This document shows positions 36,477-45,720 of a DNA stretch of 64,000 nucleotides, piece after piece. The stretch comes from an uncultured Planctomycetaceae bacterium (GTDB lineage Bacteria; Planctomycetota; Planctomycetia; Pirellulales; PALSA-1355). The stretch covers positions 1,489-65,488 of the forward strand of contig CAZRCI010000028.1 in assembly GCA_964598535.1 (NCBI GenBank). The letters run 5' to 3'. Both the position numbers and the translations under genes were made by a program. Numbering within the stretch: position 1 is the first letter of the stretch; the number at the start of each line of letters is the position of its first letter. Under the pieces are notes generated by a model. The model searched no databases. It saw nothing but the letters and a program-made list of their open reading frames with translations, and was not told the DNA's origin.

Positions 36477-37637
36477 ATGCCTCGTAAACGCCTGATGACG
36501 CCCGGACCGACCGAGGTCCCAGAAGCCGCGCTCCAGGCGATGGGCCGCCAGGTGACGCACCACCGGACACCCCAGTTTCGAGCCCTGTTGGCCGAAGTCC
36601 TGGAGGGGCTCCAGGACGTCTTCCAGACGCAAAATGACGTCGTCCTGCTCGCCTCGTCCGGTACCGGGGGCATGGAAGCGGCCGTCGCGAATCTGGTTCC
36701 CCGCGGGGGCAAGGCCATTGTTCTCGAGTCGGGCGTTTTTTCACAGCGCTGGGCCGAGATCTGCGGCCGCTACGGCATCCTGGTTCATCGCGTGGCCGTG
36801 CCCTGGGGGCAAGCCGTCTCCGCCGAATCGGTTGCCCTGGCGTTACGCGAACATCCCGACGCCGTGGCCGTGTTCGGCACGCTCATGGAAAGCAGCACCG
36901 GCACGGGGCACGATGTCGAAGCCATCGGCCAGGTCGTTGCCGATAGCCAGGCCTTGTTCATCGTAGACGGTATCAGCGGCGCGGGCGCCATGCGATGCCT
37001 TACCGACGCGTGGCATATTGACGTGCTGGTCGTTGGCTCGCAAAAGGCCTTAATGGTTCCTCCTGGATTGGCCGCGCTCAGCGTGAGCGACGCGGCTTGG
37101 CGGCAAATGGACCGCATCCAGCCCCAGGCGTTCTACTTCGACCTCAAGCTGCACCGCGCGAAGCTCCAAGGCCCCGACACTCCCTGGACGCCCGCCCATA
37201 CGCTCGTGGCGGGCCTTGCCGAGTCCTTGCGACTGATTCGGGCCGAGGGCATCGAAAACATTTGGGCACGCTGCCACCGCCTGGCTGAGATGACCCGAGC
37301 TGGGATCCTGACCCTGGGGCTGGAGGTTTTTTCCGACCGCCCGGCCGCGGGCATGACCGCCGTGCGCGTTCCCGCGGATCTGGACGCCGGCCAGCTACTC
37401 AGACTGCTCGAACAGCGGTATGGTGTCAAATTGGCCAGCGGGCAACTGAAGCTCAAAGGCAAGATCTTCCGAATCGCCCACTTTGGTCTGCTCGATGAAT
37501 TGGATATCATCGCCACCTTGGCCGCAATCGAGCTCGCGCTCGATGAATTAGGCCAGCCGGTCCGTTTGGGAGAAGCTGCCGCCGCGGCCAGCCGTGCGTT
37601 GCGTGCCGCCCAGCAGGCACAAGAAATACCTTCGTAG
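36477..37637 (+). CDS. class V aminotransferase (AGXT / serine-pyruvate / phosphoserine aminotransferase type)
   Basis: MPRKRLMTPGPTEVP N-terminus and the PLP lysine context VGSQKALMVPPGL. Confidence 0.85.
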   Translation: MPRKRLMTPGPTEVPEAALQAMGRQVTHHRTPQFRALLAEVLEGLQDVFQTQNDVVLLASSGTGGMEAAVANLVPRGGKAIVLESGVFSQRWAEICGRYGILVHRVAVPWGQAVSAESVALALREHPDAVAVFGTLMESSTGTGHDVEAIGQVVADSQALFIVDGISGAGAMRCLTDAWHIDVLVVGSQKALMVPPGLAALSVSDAAWRQMDRIQPQAFYFDLKLHRAKLQGPDTPWTPAHTLVAGLAESLRLIRAEGIENIWARCHRLAEMTRAGILTLGLEVFSDRPAAGMTAVRVPADLDAGQLLRLLEQRYGVKLASGQLKLKGKIFRIAHFGLLDELDIIATLAAIELALDELGQPVRLGEAAAAASRALRAAQQAQEIPS

Positions 37638-37677
37638 TTGCTGAAATTTACGTTGTCGATTGTTGTTGAGAGTGACC

Positions 37678-39297
37678 ATGCCCAAAGTGATCGTGCTCGA
37701 TAAGTTGGCGCAAGAGGGGCTCGACCTGCTCGCCGCCGCCCCGAACATCGAAGTCGAAGTTCGCACCGGACTCAAAGGCCCAGAACTTCGCCAGGCGCTG
37801 GCCGAAGCCGACGGCGCAATCTGCCGAAGCGGCGTCAAGATCACCGCCGATGCGCTCGATGGCAACCATCGCTTGCGGGCGATCGTTCGCGCCGGCGTCG
37901 GCACCGACAACATCGACTCGAAGGCCGCCACGCGGCTGGGGATCGTCGTCATGAACACGCCGGCCGGAAACACGCTGAGCACGGCCGAGCACACCCTGGC
38001 CATGATGCTGGCCCTGTCGCGGAACATCGCGCCCGCGTATCAAAGCCTCTGCGAGCACAAGTGGGACCGCAACAAATACATGGGCACGCAACTCGCCGAA
38101 AAAACGCTGGGGATCGTCGGCTTGGGACGTATCGGCCAGGCCGTGGGCACGCGCGCCAAGGCCATGCAGATGCGCGTGCTGGGCTTCGATCCGTTCCTCT
38201 CCAGCGAGCGCATCGCCGAGCTTGGTTTCGAGCCCGCCAGCGTCGCCGACATGCTCCCGCAGGTCGACTACCTCACGGTTCATACCCCGCTCACCGACGA
38301 GACTCGCAACATGATCGACCTGCCGCAGCTCGAAAAGTTGAAGCCGGGCGTGCGGCTCGTCAATTGTGCCCGGGGCGGCATCTACAACGAAGCGGCGCTG
38401 GCCGAGGGGCTCAAGAGCGGCCGAATCGCCGGCGTGGCCCTCGACGTGTTCGAAGCCGAGCCTTGCACGGATAGCCCCTTGTTCGGAATGCCGGGCGTGC
38501 TCGCCACGCCACATCTTGGCGCCAGCACCGAAGAGGCCCAAGCGCAGGTCGCCGTCGAAGGCGTGGGGCTGCTGGTCGACTATCTCACCACCGGCGCAAT
38601 TCGCCACGCGGTGAACATGACCCCACTCGACGCCAAAACGCTCGCGGAAATGCGCGGTTATCTGGACGTCGCCTACCGGCTCGGGTTGCTCCTGGCACAG
38701 TGCGAGGCCGCTCCGATCAAACGCTGCACGCTCGAGTTTCGCGGCGACGTGGCCGGCAAGAACACCAAGCTGATCACCGCCAGCTTTGCCGCGGGCTTGC
38801 TCGAACACGCCCTCGAACAGGAGATCAATATCGTCAACGCCGAAGTGCTGTTGCGCGAGCGCGGAATCGAACTCGTCGAGCAGCGCAAGTCCGAAACCGG
38901 CGCGTTCACGTCCGTCGTCCTGGCCGAGGTCGAAACCGAACTCCGCAAGCACAAGGCCGCGGGTACCGTCTTTGGCACCGAGATGCTTCGCCTCGTGCAG
39001 TTTGACGACTTCCGGCTCGACGCCTACCTCGACGGTGTCTTGATGGTCTTCAGCCACAAGGACGTGCCCGGCATCATCGGTGCCGTCGGCACGATCTTCG
39101 GCAAGCATAAGATCAACATCGCCCAGATGGCCGTGGGACGTGAAACCAAAGGCGGCGAAGCGCTGGGCGTGCTCAACCTCGATCAACCGCCCACCGCGGC
39201 CGCGCTCGACGAAGTTCGCGCGCATCCCGCGATCAACAACGCCATCGTGATCAAGCTGCCCGCCGCGGGCGAACGGCCTGCCTGGTTAACGGGCTAA
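37678..39297 (+). CDS. serA: D-3-phosphoglycerate dehydrogenase (long form with ASB and ACT domains)
   Basis: GIVGLGRIGQAVG NAD motif, catalytic region NCARGG...HLGAST, C-terminal ACT (MVFSHKDVPGIIGAVG). Confidence 0.92.
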   Translation: MPKVIVLDKLAQEGLDLLAAAPNIEVEVRTGLKGPELRQALAEADGAICRSGVKITADALDGNHRLRAIVRAGVGTDNIDSKAATRLGIVVMNTPAGNTLSTAEHTLAMMLALSRNIAPAYQSLCEHKWDRNKYMGTQLAEKTLGIVGLGRIGQAVGTRAKAMQMRVLGFDPFLSSERIAELGFEPASVADMLPQVDYLTVHTPLTDETRNMIDLPQLEKLKPGVRLVNCARGGIYNEAALAEGLKSGRIAGVALDVFEAEPCTDSPLFGMPGVLATPHLGASTEEAQAQVAVEGVGLLVDYLTTGAIRHAVNMTPLDAKTLAEMRGYLDVAYRLGLLLAQCEAAPIKRCTLEFRGDVAGKNTKLITASFAAGLLEHALEQEINIVNAEVLLRERGIELVEQRKSETGAFTSVVLAEVETELRKHKAAGTVFGTEMLRLVQFDDFRLDAYLDGVLMVFSHKDVPGIIGAVGTIFGKHKINIAQMAVGRETKGGEALGVLNLDQPPTAAALDEVRAHPAINNAIVIKLPAAGERPAWLTG

Positions 39298-39329
39298 TCG
39301 ATGACGGGATAACCCGTAGTGCAACCGGG

Positions 39330-40517
39330 CTAACCGCACGGCGAATGCCTCGGCTTGCTCCACAGAGCCACGAGCCCGTCGGCTACTGCGGCGGCCAGTC
39401 CTGCGATACCTAGCGGATAGACTCGCAAGCGGACGCAGGGGCGTTGTGCGTAGGGCCATCCGCGCAGCCACTCGCGTTGGCTTTCCCAAACGATGCACTG
39501 CCGCACGCCGGCTTCCGCCGCATAGTGCAGCATCTCGCGCGCCAGGAGCTTTCCCGCCGAACAGTAGTCAAAGCGTGGAGCGCAAACGTTCCGCAGCAGC
39601 CATAGGGTATCCTCGCGTTCCACGGCCAGCGCGGCGGCCGCGATTCGATCGCCGATGCGTAACAGCCCGATACGGAGGCAGCCGCTCATACTCGCGGCTT
39701 CGCCGAAGTGTCGGAAGAAGACCGCTTCACCCAGATGCCGCGCGAGCGTAGCCGTGGCCGCGCCGCTTGCCGGACCGGCGCTCTCGAAGACCCCGGCGCA
39801 CTCGAAAACCCTGTCCAGCAGCCGAGGTAGCTCGGACAGGTCCGGCGCATGGATTTCGGTCGAGACGCTTCCATGACGTTCGGCCTCACGTAGGGCTCGT
39901 TCATACTGGCGGCGCTCGGCATGCGCCAGACGCCTTTCGGGCCGCGGCCAGCTTTCGTCGAGTTCGAGGTAATACTCTGGTTCCGCGGACGCAGCCACAA
40001 CCAGGGCCCGGCCGCGGGCCGCCTGACGAATGGCAGGGATCGCTGGCGAGTCGGCTACCATCCGGGAGAATTCGACAGGATGGCCCAGCCGAACCAGCTC
40101 GCGCGCCACAAGACGCATGGCGCTCGGGTCGCGGCCAGCCAGGTCGGCCGGCATGTTTAACTCGCTGCCCAGCGGCTGCCATTGCCAGCTTGCGCCGCGA
40201 CGCACCGCCGCGAGCGCAATCGCGGCCAGCGAATCTTCATCGCGTTGCGCCGCTAGCACGCGCAGCTCGGCCGTTTCTGAAAATGCCATGCGCGCGGCCG
40301 CCAGCCAGGCAAAGCTGGTTGCTGGAGAGGTTCCGACCGCGTGTCCCGCGGGCCAATGCCACTCGAAGGGCGCGAGCGCATCGGTGGTAATCGCGCGCAG
40401 CGGCCCCGCTGCCTTGCGGCGCGGAATCGTCCGGGGCGAATTGCGGTCGGCGGTCAGCATATTCCAAGCGTAGGCCGTATAAGCTTTGACCTCGTACACA
40501 TTTGGAATGGCCGCCAA
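39330..40517 (-). CDS. GNAT-fold acetyltransferase, CelD/BioF2-like family (uncertain)
   Basis: 395-aa ORF with coding bias. The C-terminal segment LLRIGDRIAAAALAVEREDTLWLLRNVCAPRFDYCSAGKLL resembles that family. Confidence 0.5.
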   Translation of the reverse strand: MAAIPNVYEVKAYTAYAWNMLTADRNSPRTIPRRKAAGPLRAITTDALAPFEWHWPAGHAVGTSPATSFAWLAAARMAFSETAELRVLAAQRDEDSLAAIALAAVRRGASWQWQPLGSELNMPADLAGRDPSAMRLVARELVRLGHPVEFSRMVADSPAIPAIRQAARGRALVVAASAEPEYYLELDESWPRPERRLAHAERRQYERALREAERHGSVSTEIHAPDLSELPRLLDRVFECAGVFESAGPASGAATATLARHLGEAVFFRHFGEAASMSGCLRIGLLRIGDRIAAAALAVEREDTLWLLRNVCAPRFDYCSAGKLLAREMLHYAAEAGVRQCIVWESQREWLRGWPYAQRPCVRLRVYPLGIAGLAAAVADGLVALWSKPRHSPCG

Positions 40518-40747
40518 GTTCGTCGTTGCGCTTTCCGCGCGCCGCTTCGGGCCCTGCTAGCTGCTATCGGCACAATCGTTACAAGCGAAACACTTTTGCC
40601 GAAAAACCCAGGTTATGGATCTAAATACGTTCCCGTACCTCGCCTAGGCTCTCCGATGAATTGGATATCGGGCGCGGCGGTACCGCGCCAGCGGTGTGCC
40701 GGTTGAATTCCGCCGCCGCACGGTTGACTCTCAAGCTCGGGAACTTC

Positions 40748-40978
40748 ATGCCTATGACCACCGTGGCCGAATGCCCGCTCTCAAAACGCATCTCATCCGC
40801 AATCGAGAAGCATCCGCACCTGACCCGGCGCAAGCTGCACTTCGAAGCCCGCGAGGGCCGAGTGACGTTGCGCGGAACGGTGAGCTCGTACTACCAGAAG
40901 CAGTTGGCGCAAGAAGCCCTGCGACGTGTGGATGGCGTCCACGAGATCGAGAATCAACTCGAGGTCACGTGGATCTAG
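40748..40978 (+). CDS. BON-domain protein (76 aa)
   Basis: RVTLRGTVSSYYQKQLAQEALRRVDGVHEIENQLEV is a typical BON pattern. Uses the internal ATG 40748. Confidence 0.7.
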   Translation: MPMTTVAECPLSKRISSAIEKHPHLTRRKLHFEAREGRVTLRGTVSSYYQKQLAQEALRRVDGVHEIENQLEVTWI

Positions 40979-41259
40979 CAGGCCGCTGGCTTGTTCAGAC
41001 GACGGATAGGGCTCGTTGAGGTCTTCGACGGGCCGCGTCATTCGCCGGGAGTTACGACTCCAGAATGACAACGTCAGGTCATTAATTTTGCTTTGCGGGC
41101 CGCGCGGAGTTGCTTGCTTCCGTGCCTGGCCCGGTCGTTCCGTGACCGCGAGCCTGCCTCGACGAGACGCAACGTGTCAATTCGCCAAAGTGGGTTTAAC
41201 CGACCCGCGAATGCCGTTGTCGTGGCCAGAAACTAAGCGGAATCCCCACGCGGCGAAAG

Positions 41260-41649
41260 CTACCGCGGCCAGGCATGTCCCATGACGGCGTCCTCGCGAT
41301 TGCGATAGCGAGGAAAATAGCCGCCCAACCGGCTGACGCGCAGCACTTCGTGTTGCATGTCGGTCAATTCGCAGATCCGCAGGATTCCGTCGTGCGTGTG
41401 AATCCGCTTGTAGAGCCAGACGAGCTGGCCCACCAGGGCGCTGTTGAGAAAGTCGATTTCGCCGAACTCCAGCACCAAGCGATGGGTGAAGTGTTGCTCG
41501 AGCAAGCTCCAGACTTGATCGGCAAAGATTTCCGCGCCGAGTTCGCCCGACATTCGTCGAGGGCGGACAAACAGCCAATCCGGACCGCGTTCTACTTCGA
41601 ATTCCCAATCGCTACGGACAAGGCTTGCCTGGGCCATGAGTCGCTCCAT
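41260..41649 (-). CDS. STAS-domain protein (anti-sigma-factor antagonist-like)
   Basis: 129 aa. Core LVLEFGEIDFLNSALVGQLVWL...ILRICEL...VLRVSRL matches the STAS layout. Confidence 0.65.
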   Translation of the reverse strand: MERLMAQASLVRSDWEFEVERGPDWLFVRPRRMSGELGAEIFADQVWSLLEQHFTHRLVLEFGEIDFLNSALVGQLVWLYKRIHTHDGILRICELTDMQHEVLRVSRLGGYFPRYRNREDAVMGHAWPR

Positions 41650-41943
41650 CCATCAGGCGGTTAAGGAGGGGCTTCGCCGGCCTTGATTACACGCGGCCAA
41701 CAAAGCAAACAGAAGTCTGTTCGAAGCGCGGCAAAGTGAAGAGACCGCCTATTTGGTCCGCCATTGGCCGCACGGAAGCCATCTTACCCCGATTTGTACT
41801 TCTGGCAACGACAGGGCGCAGTTTTCACACGCGCGCCACCGCCCTCGAGATCGCCGCCCCTTGAAGCACTGCCCGATTCGCGCGATACTACCGCCCTGTA
41901 GACCACCTGACTGCTATCACTTCATGGAAAGGATCGCGAACTC

Positions 41944-42462
41944 ATGGCTCGACCCGGTGCTATCACCTTCAAAGGCAATCCCATGACCCTTGTCGGCGAG
42001 GAGGTCGCGGTGGGACAGGCGGCTCCGGCCTGCACGCTGCACGCTTTCGAGGGCGGCATGAAAGCCGTCACTCCGGCCGACTGGAAGGGCAAGCCGACGT
42101 TCATCAGCGTGGTCCCCTCGCTGGATACTCCGGTCTGCCAGGTTCAAACCAAGAAATTCAATCAGGAACTCTCATCGCTGGGCGACAAAATTAATGCCGT
42201 GACGGTCAGCCTCGACTTGCCGTTCGCCATGAACCGCTTCTGCGGCGCCGAAGACATCAAGAACATGCGTTCGTTAAGCGATTATCAGGATCGCAGCTTT
42301 GGCACCAACTGGGGAATGCTCATCGACGAGCTCAAGATCCTGGCCCGCGGCGTGTTTGTGCTCGATAAGGATGGCAAGGTCGTCTACGCCGAGACGGTGC
42401 AGGAAGTCGCCCAAGAGCCCGACTATCCGGCCGCCCTCACGGCGCTCAAGGCCGCCCTCTAA
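41944..42462 (+). CDS. tpx: thiol peroxidase
   Basis: GGAAAGGA upstream of the start. Peroxidatic Cys context SVVPSLDTPVC and resolving Cys in RFCGAE. Confidence 0.92.
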   Translation: MARPGAITFKGNPMTLVGEEVAVGQAAPACTLHAFEGGMKAVTPADWKGKPTFISVVPSLDTPVCQVQTKKFNQELSSLGDKINAVTVSLDLPFAMNRFCGAEDIKNMRSLSDYQDRSFGTNWGMLIDELKILARGVFVLDKDGKVVYAETVQEVAQEPDYPAALTALKAAL

Positions 42463-42492
42463 GATTATTGACGCAACTCCGTCCATGAATTC

Positions 42493-42536
42493 AACAAGGG
42501 TCGAATGCCCAGTTTCGTTGGCATTCGACCCTTGTT
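42493..42536. terminator. perfect 17-bp hairpin between convergent tpx and alaS (putative bidirectional terminator)
   Basis: AACAAGGGTCGAATGCC (42493-42509) / GGCATTCGACCCTTGTT (42520-42536) with a 10-nt loop. There is no strong U tract on either side. Confidence 0.6.
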
Positions 42537-42592
42537 CTATTCGGCGCTTGTTCCCCGTGTTGCGGTTCCCTGTTGCGGTACGTGGCCGCCGG

Positions 42593-45208
42593 CTATTTTC
42601 CCAGCAGTTTGAGCGCCTCGGCCTTGGCCGTGGCCAACGCTTCGCCAAGTTTGGCAACATCTTTACCGCCGGCTTGTGCCATATCGGGCTTGCCGCCACC
42701 TCGCCCGCCCACGAGCTCGGCCGCGGCTTTGATCCAGTTGCCCGCGTGGAGTCCGCGCGCTTCCAGGTCGCGGCTGATGCCCGCCACGAGGGTGACCTTG
42801 CCGTCGCCGGCCGAACCCAGCAGCACGGCCACCGGGCTCGCGGTCTTGCGAAGCTGATCGATGAGCTGGCGCATTTGGTTGGCGTCCGCCTGGGGCGCTT
42901 CGGCGACGACGACGCGCACGCCCCCCTGCTCCACCGCTTCGCCAAGCAATTTTTCGGCCGTGACGCCGCCGGCTTTGGGAGCCGAGGAAAGCTGCTTTTT
43001 CAGCTCGCGCACTTCCTTGGCCAACGCAGCCACGCGATGAGGAATCTCGCTCGCAGGCACCTTGAGCAGTGCGGCGGTTTCGTGGAGCACCGCTTCCTGC
43101 TTGCGAACGTGTTCGAGCGCAGCCTCGCCCGTTAGCGCCGTGATGCGCCGCGTGCCGGCCGAAACGCTTTCTTCGCCCACGATCTTGAACAGTCCCACCT
43201 GCCCGCTATTGTCGAGGTGCGTCCCGCCGCAAAGCTCCTTGCTGAAATCGCCGATCGACACGACGCGTACCACGTCCGGGTATTTCTCGCCGAAGAGCAT
43301 CATGGCGCCCGTCTCGCGGGCCTTGGCGATGGGCATCGTGCGCCATTGGATCTTGGCCGCCGACGCGGCGAGTTGATTTACTTCCGCTTCGATCGTCGCG
43401 AGCGCTTCCGGCGCGATTGCCGAGGGGTTCGTGAAGTCGAACCGCAACCAGTCGCGATCCACCTTCGAGCCCTGCTGCTGCGCGTGCTTGCCCAAGTGCT
43501 TTTGCAGGGCGTAGTGCAGCAAGTGCGTCGCCGAATGGGCTCGGCGAATGCCCAGCCGTCGCGGCGTCTCGACCGTCGCGGCGACCTGGTCGCCCTGGGT
43601 GAGCTTGCCGCTTCGCAAGTGGCCCACGTGCAGCGTGAAGGCGCCTTCTTTTTGCGTGTCGGTCACCTCGAACTTGAATCCGGGGCCGCTGATCTCGCCG
43701 GTGTCGCCCACCTGGCCGCCCGACTCGCCATAGAACGGCGTGCGGTCGAGCACCAGCACGATCGGCTTCTCGTGCCCCACTTCCGCGAGCTGTTCGACCA
43801 GTTCATCCTGGGCGATGATGCCCACGATTTGCCCGTCCGCCGAGGTCGCTTCATAGCCGAGGAACTCGGTGCCCGGCAGCGTCTTTTTCAAGGCGTCGAT
43901 CGGGCTCGACTTGAACAGCTCCACGCGGTTGCCGGCGCCCGACTCGATGCCGTGCTGCTCCATTTCCTTCTTGAAGCCGGCCCAGTCGAAGCCCAAATTG
44001 TGTTCCGCGGCCAGCGTCTCGAACAGCTCGGGCGGAAACCCGTGCGTGGTGTACATCTCGGCCGCTTCGGCGCCGGTCACCATCTCGCGGCTATCGGCCT
44101 TCATCTGCGTGAACAGCCGCTCGATCCGGTCCAGCCCCGTGTCGATCGTGCCGAAGAAATTACTCTCTTCCTGCTCGATGACTTGCGAGACGCGCGTAAC
44201 CGTCTCGGCCAGTTCGGGATACGGATTGCGCATCACCTCGGCCACCTTGGCGACCAGCTTGTGCAAGAAAGGCTCAGAGACGCCCAACTGCCGGCCGTCG
44301 AGCACCGCGCGGCGCAACAGGCGCTTGACGACGTATTTTTCTTTGTTCGGGCCGGGATACACGTTCTCGTGTACGGCGAACGTGCACGCGCGAATATGAT
44401 CGGCGATGCGCCGCAGCCGACGGCCGTTTTCCGAGGCAAGCTCATAGTGCGTGCGACACACCTCGGCCGCGGCGTCCACGAGCGGTTTCAGAATATCGAT
44501 ATGAAAATTGGTGGGCACCCCTTGGAGCACCGCCGCCGTCCGTTCAAGACCCATGCCCGTGTCGATATTCTTGCTCGGCAGCGGCCGCAGATTGTCGGGC
44601 GGATTCCCCACCCGGTTGAACTGCGTAAATACGAGGTTCCAGATCTCCACCTCGCTCTGGGGGTCGGGCATATAAAAGATTTCGCTGCACGGTCCGCAGA
44701 CGCCGTCGGGCCCTTGGCTCGGCGCGCCGGCCGGCCAAAAGTTGTCGTCCTCGCCCATCCGCTTGATCCGGTCGGGCGTCAGCTTGATGTCTTTGGCCCA
44801 GATTTCGGCCGCCTCGTCATCGTCGAGATACACCGAGACGAACAGCCGGTCGGCGTCCAGCCCCAGCCATTGTTTGCTGGTCAAAAATTCCCAGGCCCAG
44901 TTGATCGCTTCGCGCTTGAAGTAATCGCCAAAGCTGAAATTGCCCAGCATCTCGAAGAACGTGTGATGGTAGGCCGTCCGCCCCACGTTCTCGATGTCGC
45001 CAGTCCGCAAACACTTCTGGCAAGTCGTGGCCCGGGTGAAGTCGAGCTTCACCTTTCCCAGAAAGTGATCCTTGAACTGATTCATGCCTGCCGGCGTGAA
45101 CAGCACCGAAGGATCCCAACGCGGCACGAGCACGTCGCTCGGGCGGCGGACACAACCCTTGGACTCGAAGAAGTCGAGATACTTTTCGCGAAGTTCGTCG
45201 GTTTTCAT
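42593..45208 (-). CDS. alaS: alanine--tRNA ligase
   Basis: 871 aa. FTPAGMNQFKD, editing-domain HSATHLLH, C-terminal GGGKPDMAQAGG. Confidence 0.97.
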   Translation of the reverse strand: MKTDELREKYLDFFESKGCVRRPSDVLVPRWDPSVLFTPAGMNQFKDHFLGKVKLDFTRATTCQKCLRTGDIENVGRTAYHHTFFEMLGNFSFGDYFKREAINWAWEFLTSKQWLGLDADRLFVSVYLDDDEAAEIWAKDIKLTPDRIKRMGEDDNFWPAGAPSQGPDGVCGPCSEIFYMPDPQSEVEIWNLVFTQFNRVGNPPDNLRPLPSKNIDTGMGLERTAAVLQGVPTNFHIDILKPLVDAAAEVCRTHYELASENGRRLRRIADHIRACTFAVHENVYPGPNKEKYVVKRLLRRAVLDGRQLGVSEPFLHKLVAKVAEVMRNPYPELAETVTRVSQVIEQEESNFFGTIDTGLDRIERLFTQMKADSREMVTGAEAAEMYTTHGFPPELFETLAAEHNLGFDWAGFKKEMEQHGIESGAGNRVELFKSSPIDALKKTLPGTEFLGYEATSADGQIVGIIAQDELVEQLAEVGHEKPIVLVLDRTPFYGESGGQVGDTGEISGPGFKFEVTDTQKEGAFTLHVGHLRSGKLTQGDQVAATVETPRRLGIRRAHSATHLLHYALQKHLGKHAQQQGSKVDRDWLRFDFTNPSAIAPEALATIEAEVNQLAASAAKIQWRTMPIAKARETGAMMLFGEKYPDVVRVVSIGDFSKELCGGTHLDNSGQVGLFKIVGEESVSAGTRRITALTGEAALEHVRKQEAVLHETAALLKVPASEIPHRVAALAKEVRELKKQLSSAPKAGGVTAEKLLGEAVEQGGVRVVVAEAPQADANQMRQLIDQLRKTASPVAVLLGSAGDGKVTLVAGISRDLEARGLHAGNWIKAAAELVGGRGGGKPDMAQAGGKDVAKLGEALATAKAEALKLLGK

Positions 45209-45527
45209 AGACTCGGTATTTTACGAGGGGGGAGCGACCCAACCAGCGGACGATCGAGACGCGCGGGATGGCCTCGGACGCTACCCGAGGGATTTCGAGC
45301 CTCATCGCCGCGGCGGTCCAAAGCGCACGGCGCAAGGCTCAGGAAAGCGTCTAATGATAGCCGTATTCCGGGTTTACGGCCAGGGAGGGTGCGCACCGCT
45401 CATGGACCATGTCCCCGGTCCGCTCACAGGCCGTAGAAGTATGCGACGGACCGCATGATCGCATAAGAATGCGATCTCAAGATGACGCGGCCTAAAGCCC
45501 TTGGGCCGCGACCGGGGGGGCGCCAAG

Positions 45528-45557
45528 GGCAGATCGAATATAGGCAGATCGAATATA
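45528..45557. repeat. perfect tandem repeat, 2 x 15 bp (GGCAGATCGAATATA)
   Basis: Read directly. Lies in the recA-alaS spacer. Confidence 0.9.
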
Positions 45558-45660
45558 GATAAAAGGTTAGACCGTGGATTACTGGCAGGTGCGGCGGGCC
45601 GACTCGAGAGTACGACCACCTTGCCCTGCTCCGCTCTCCGCCAGTATGAGGCAACTCGGC

Positions 45661-45720
45661 CTACGCATCAGCATCACTGCGTGACTACGCATCAGCATCA
45701 CTGCGTGACTACGCATCAGC
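45661..45720. repeat. 24-bp tandem repeat, 2 full copies plus a 12-nt partial that is the 3' end of recA
   Basis: CTACGCATCAGCATCACTGCGTGA occurs twice (45661-45708). Then CTACGCATCAGC (45709-45720) is the recA stop plus its last three codons. Confidence 0.9.

Noticed and set aside
37648-39225. 525-aa ORF on the minus strand
   Set aside because: It is antisense to serA and shows no motifs.
43217-45436. 739-aa ORF on the plus strand
   Set aside because: It is entirely antisense to alaS, which is unambiguous. The composition is dominated by Arg, Leu, His, Gly and Val.
45209-45708. T-box riboswitch, tRNA or other known ncRNA in the alaS leader
   Set aside because: I could not find a T-box consensus, a tRNA cloverleaf with T-loop GGTTCGAATCC-type sequence, or SRP/6S/tmRNA hallmarks by eye. 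The region is therefore reported only as unexplained structure.
45528-45720. Possible CRISPR array
   Set aside because: There are only two abutting copies of each unit, with no spacers and no cas genes. These are simple tandem duplications.
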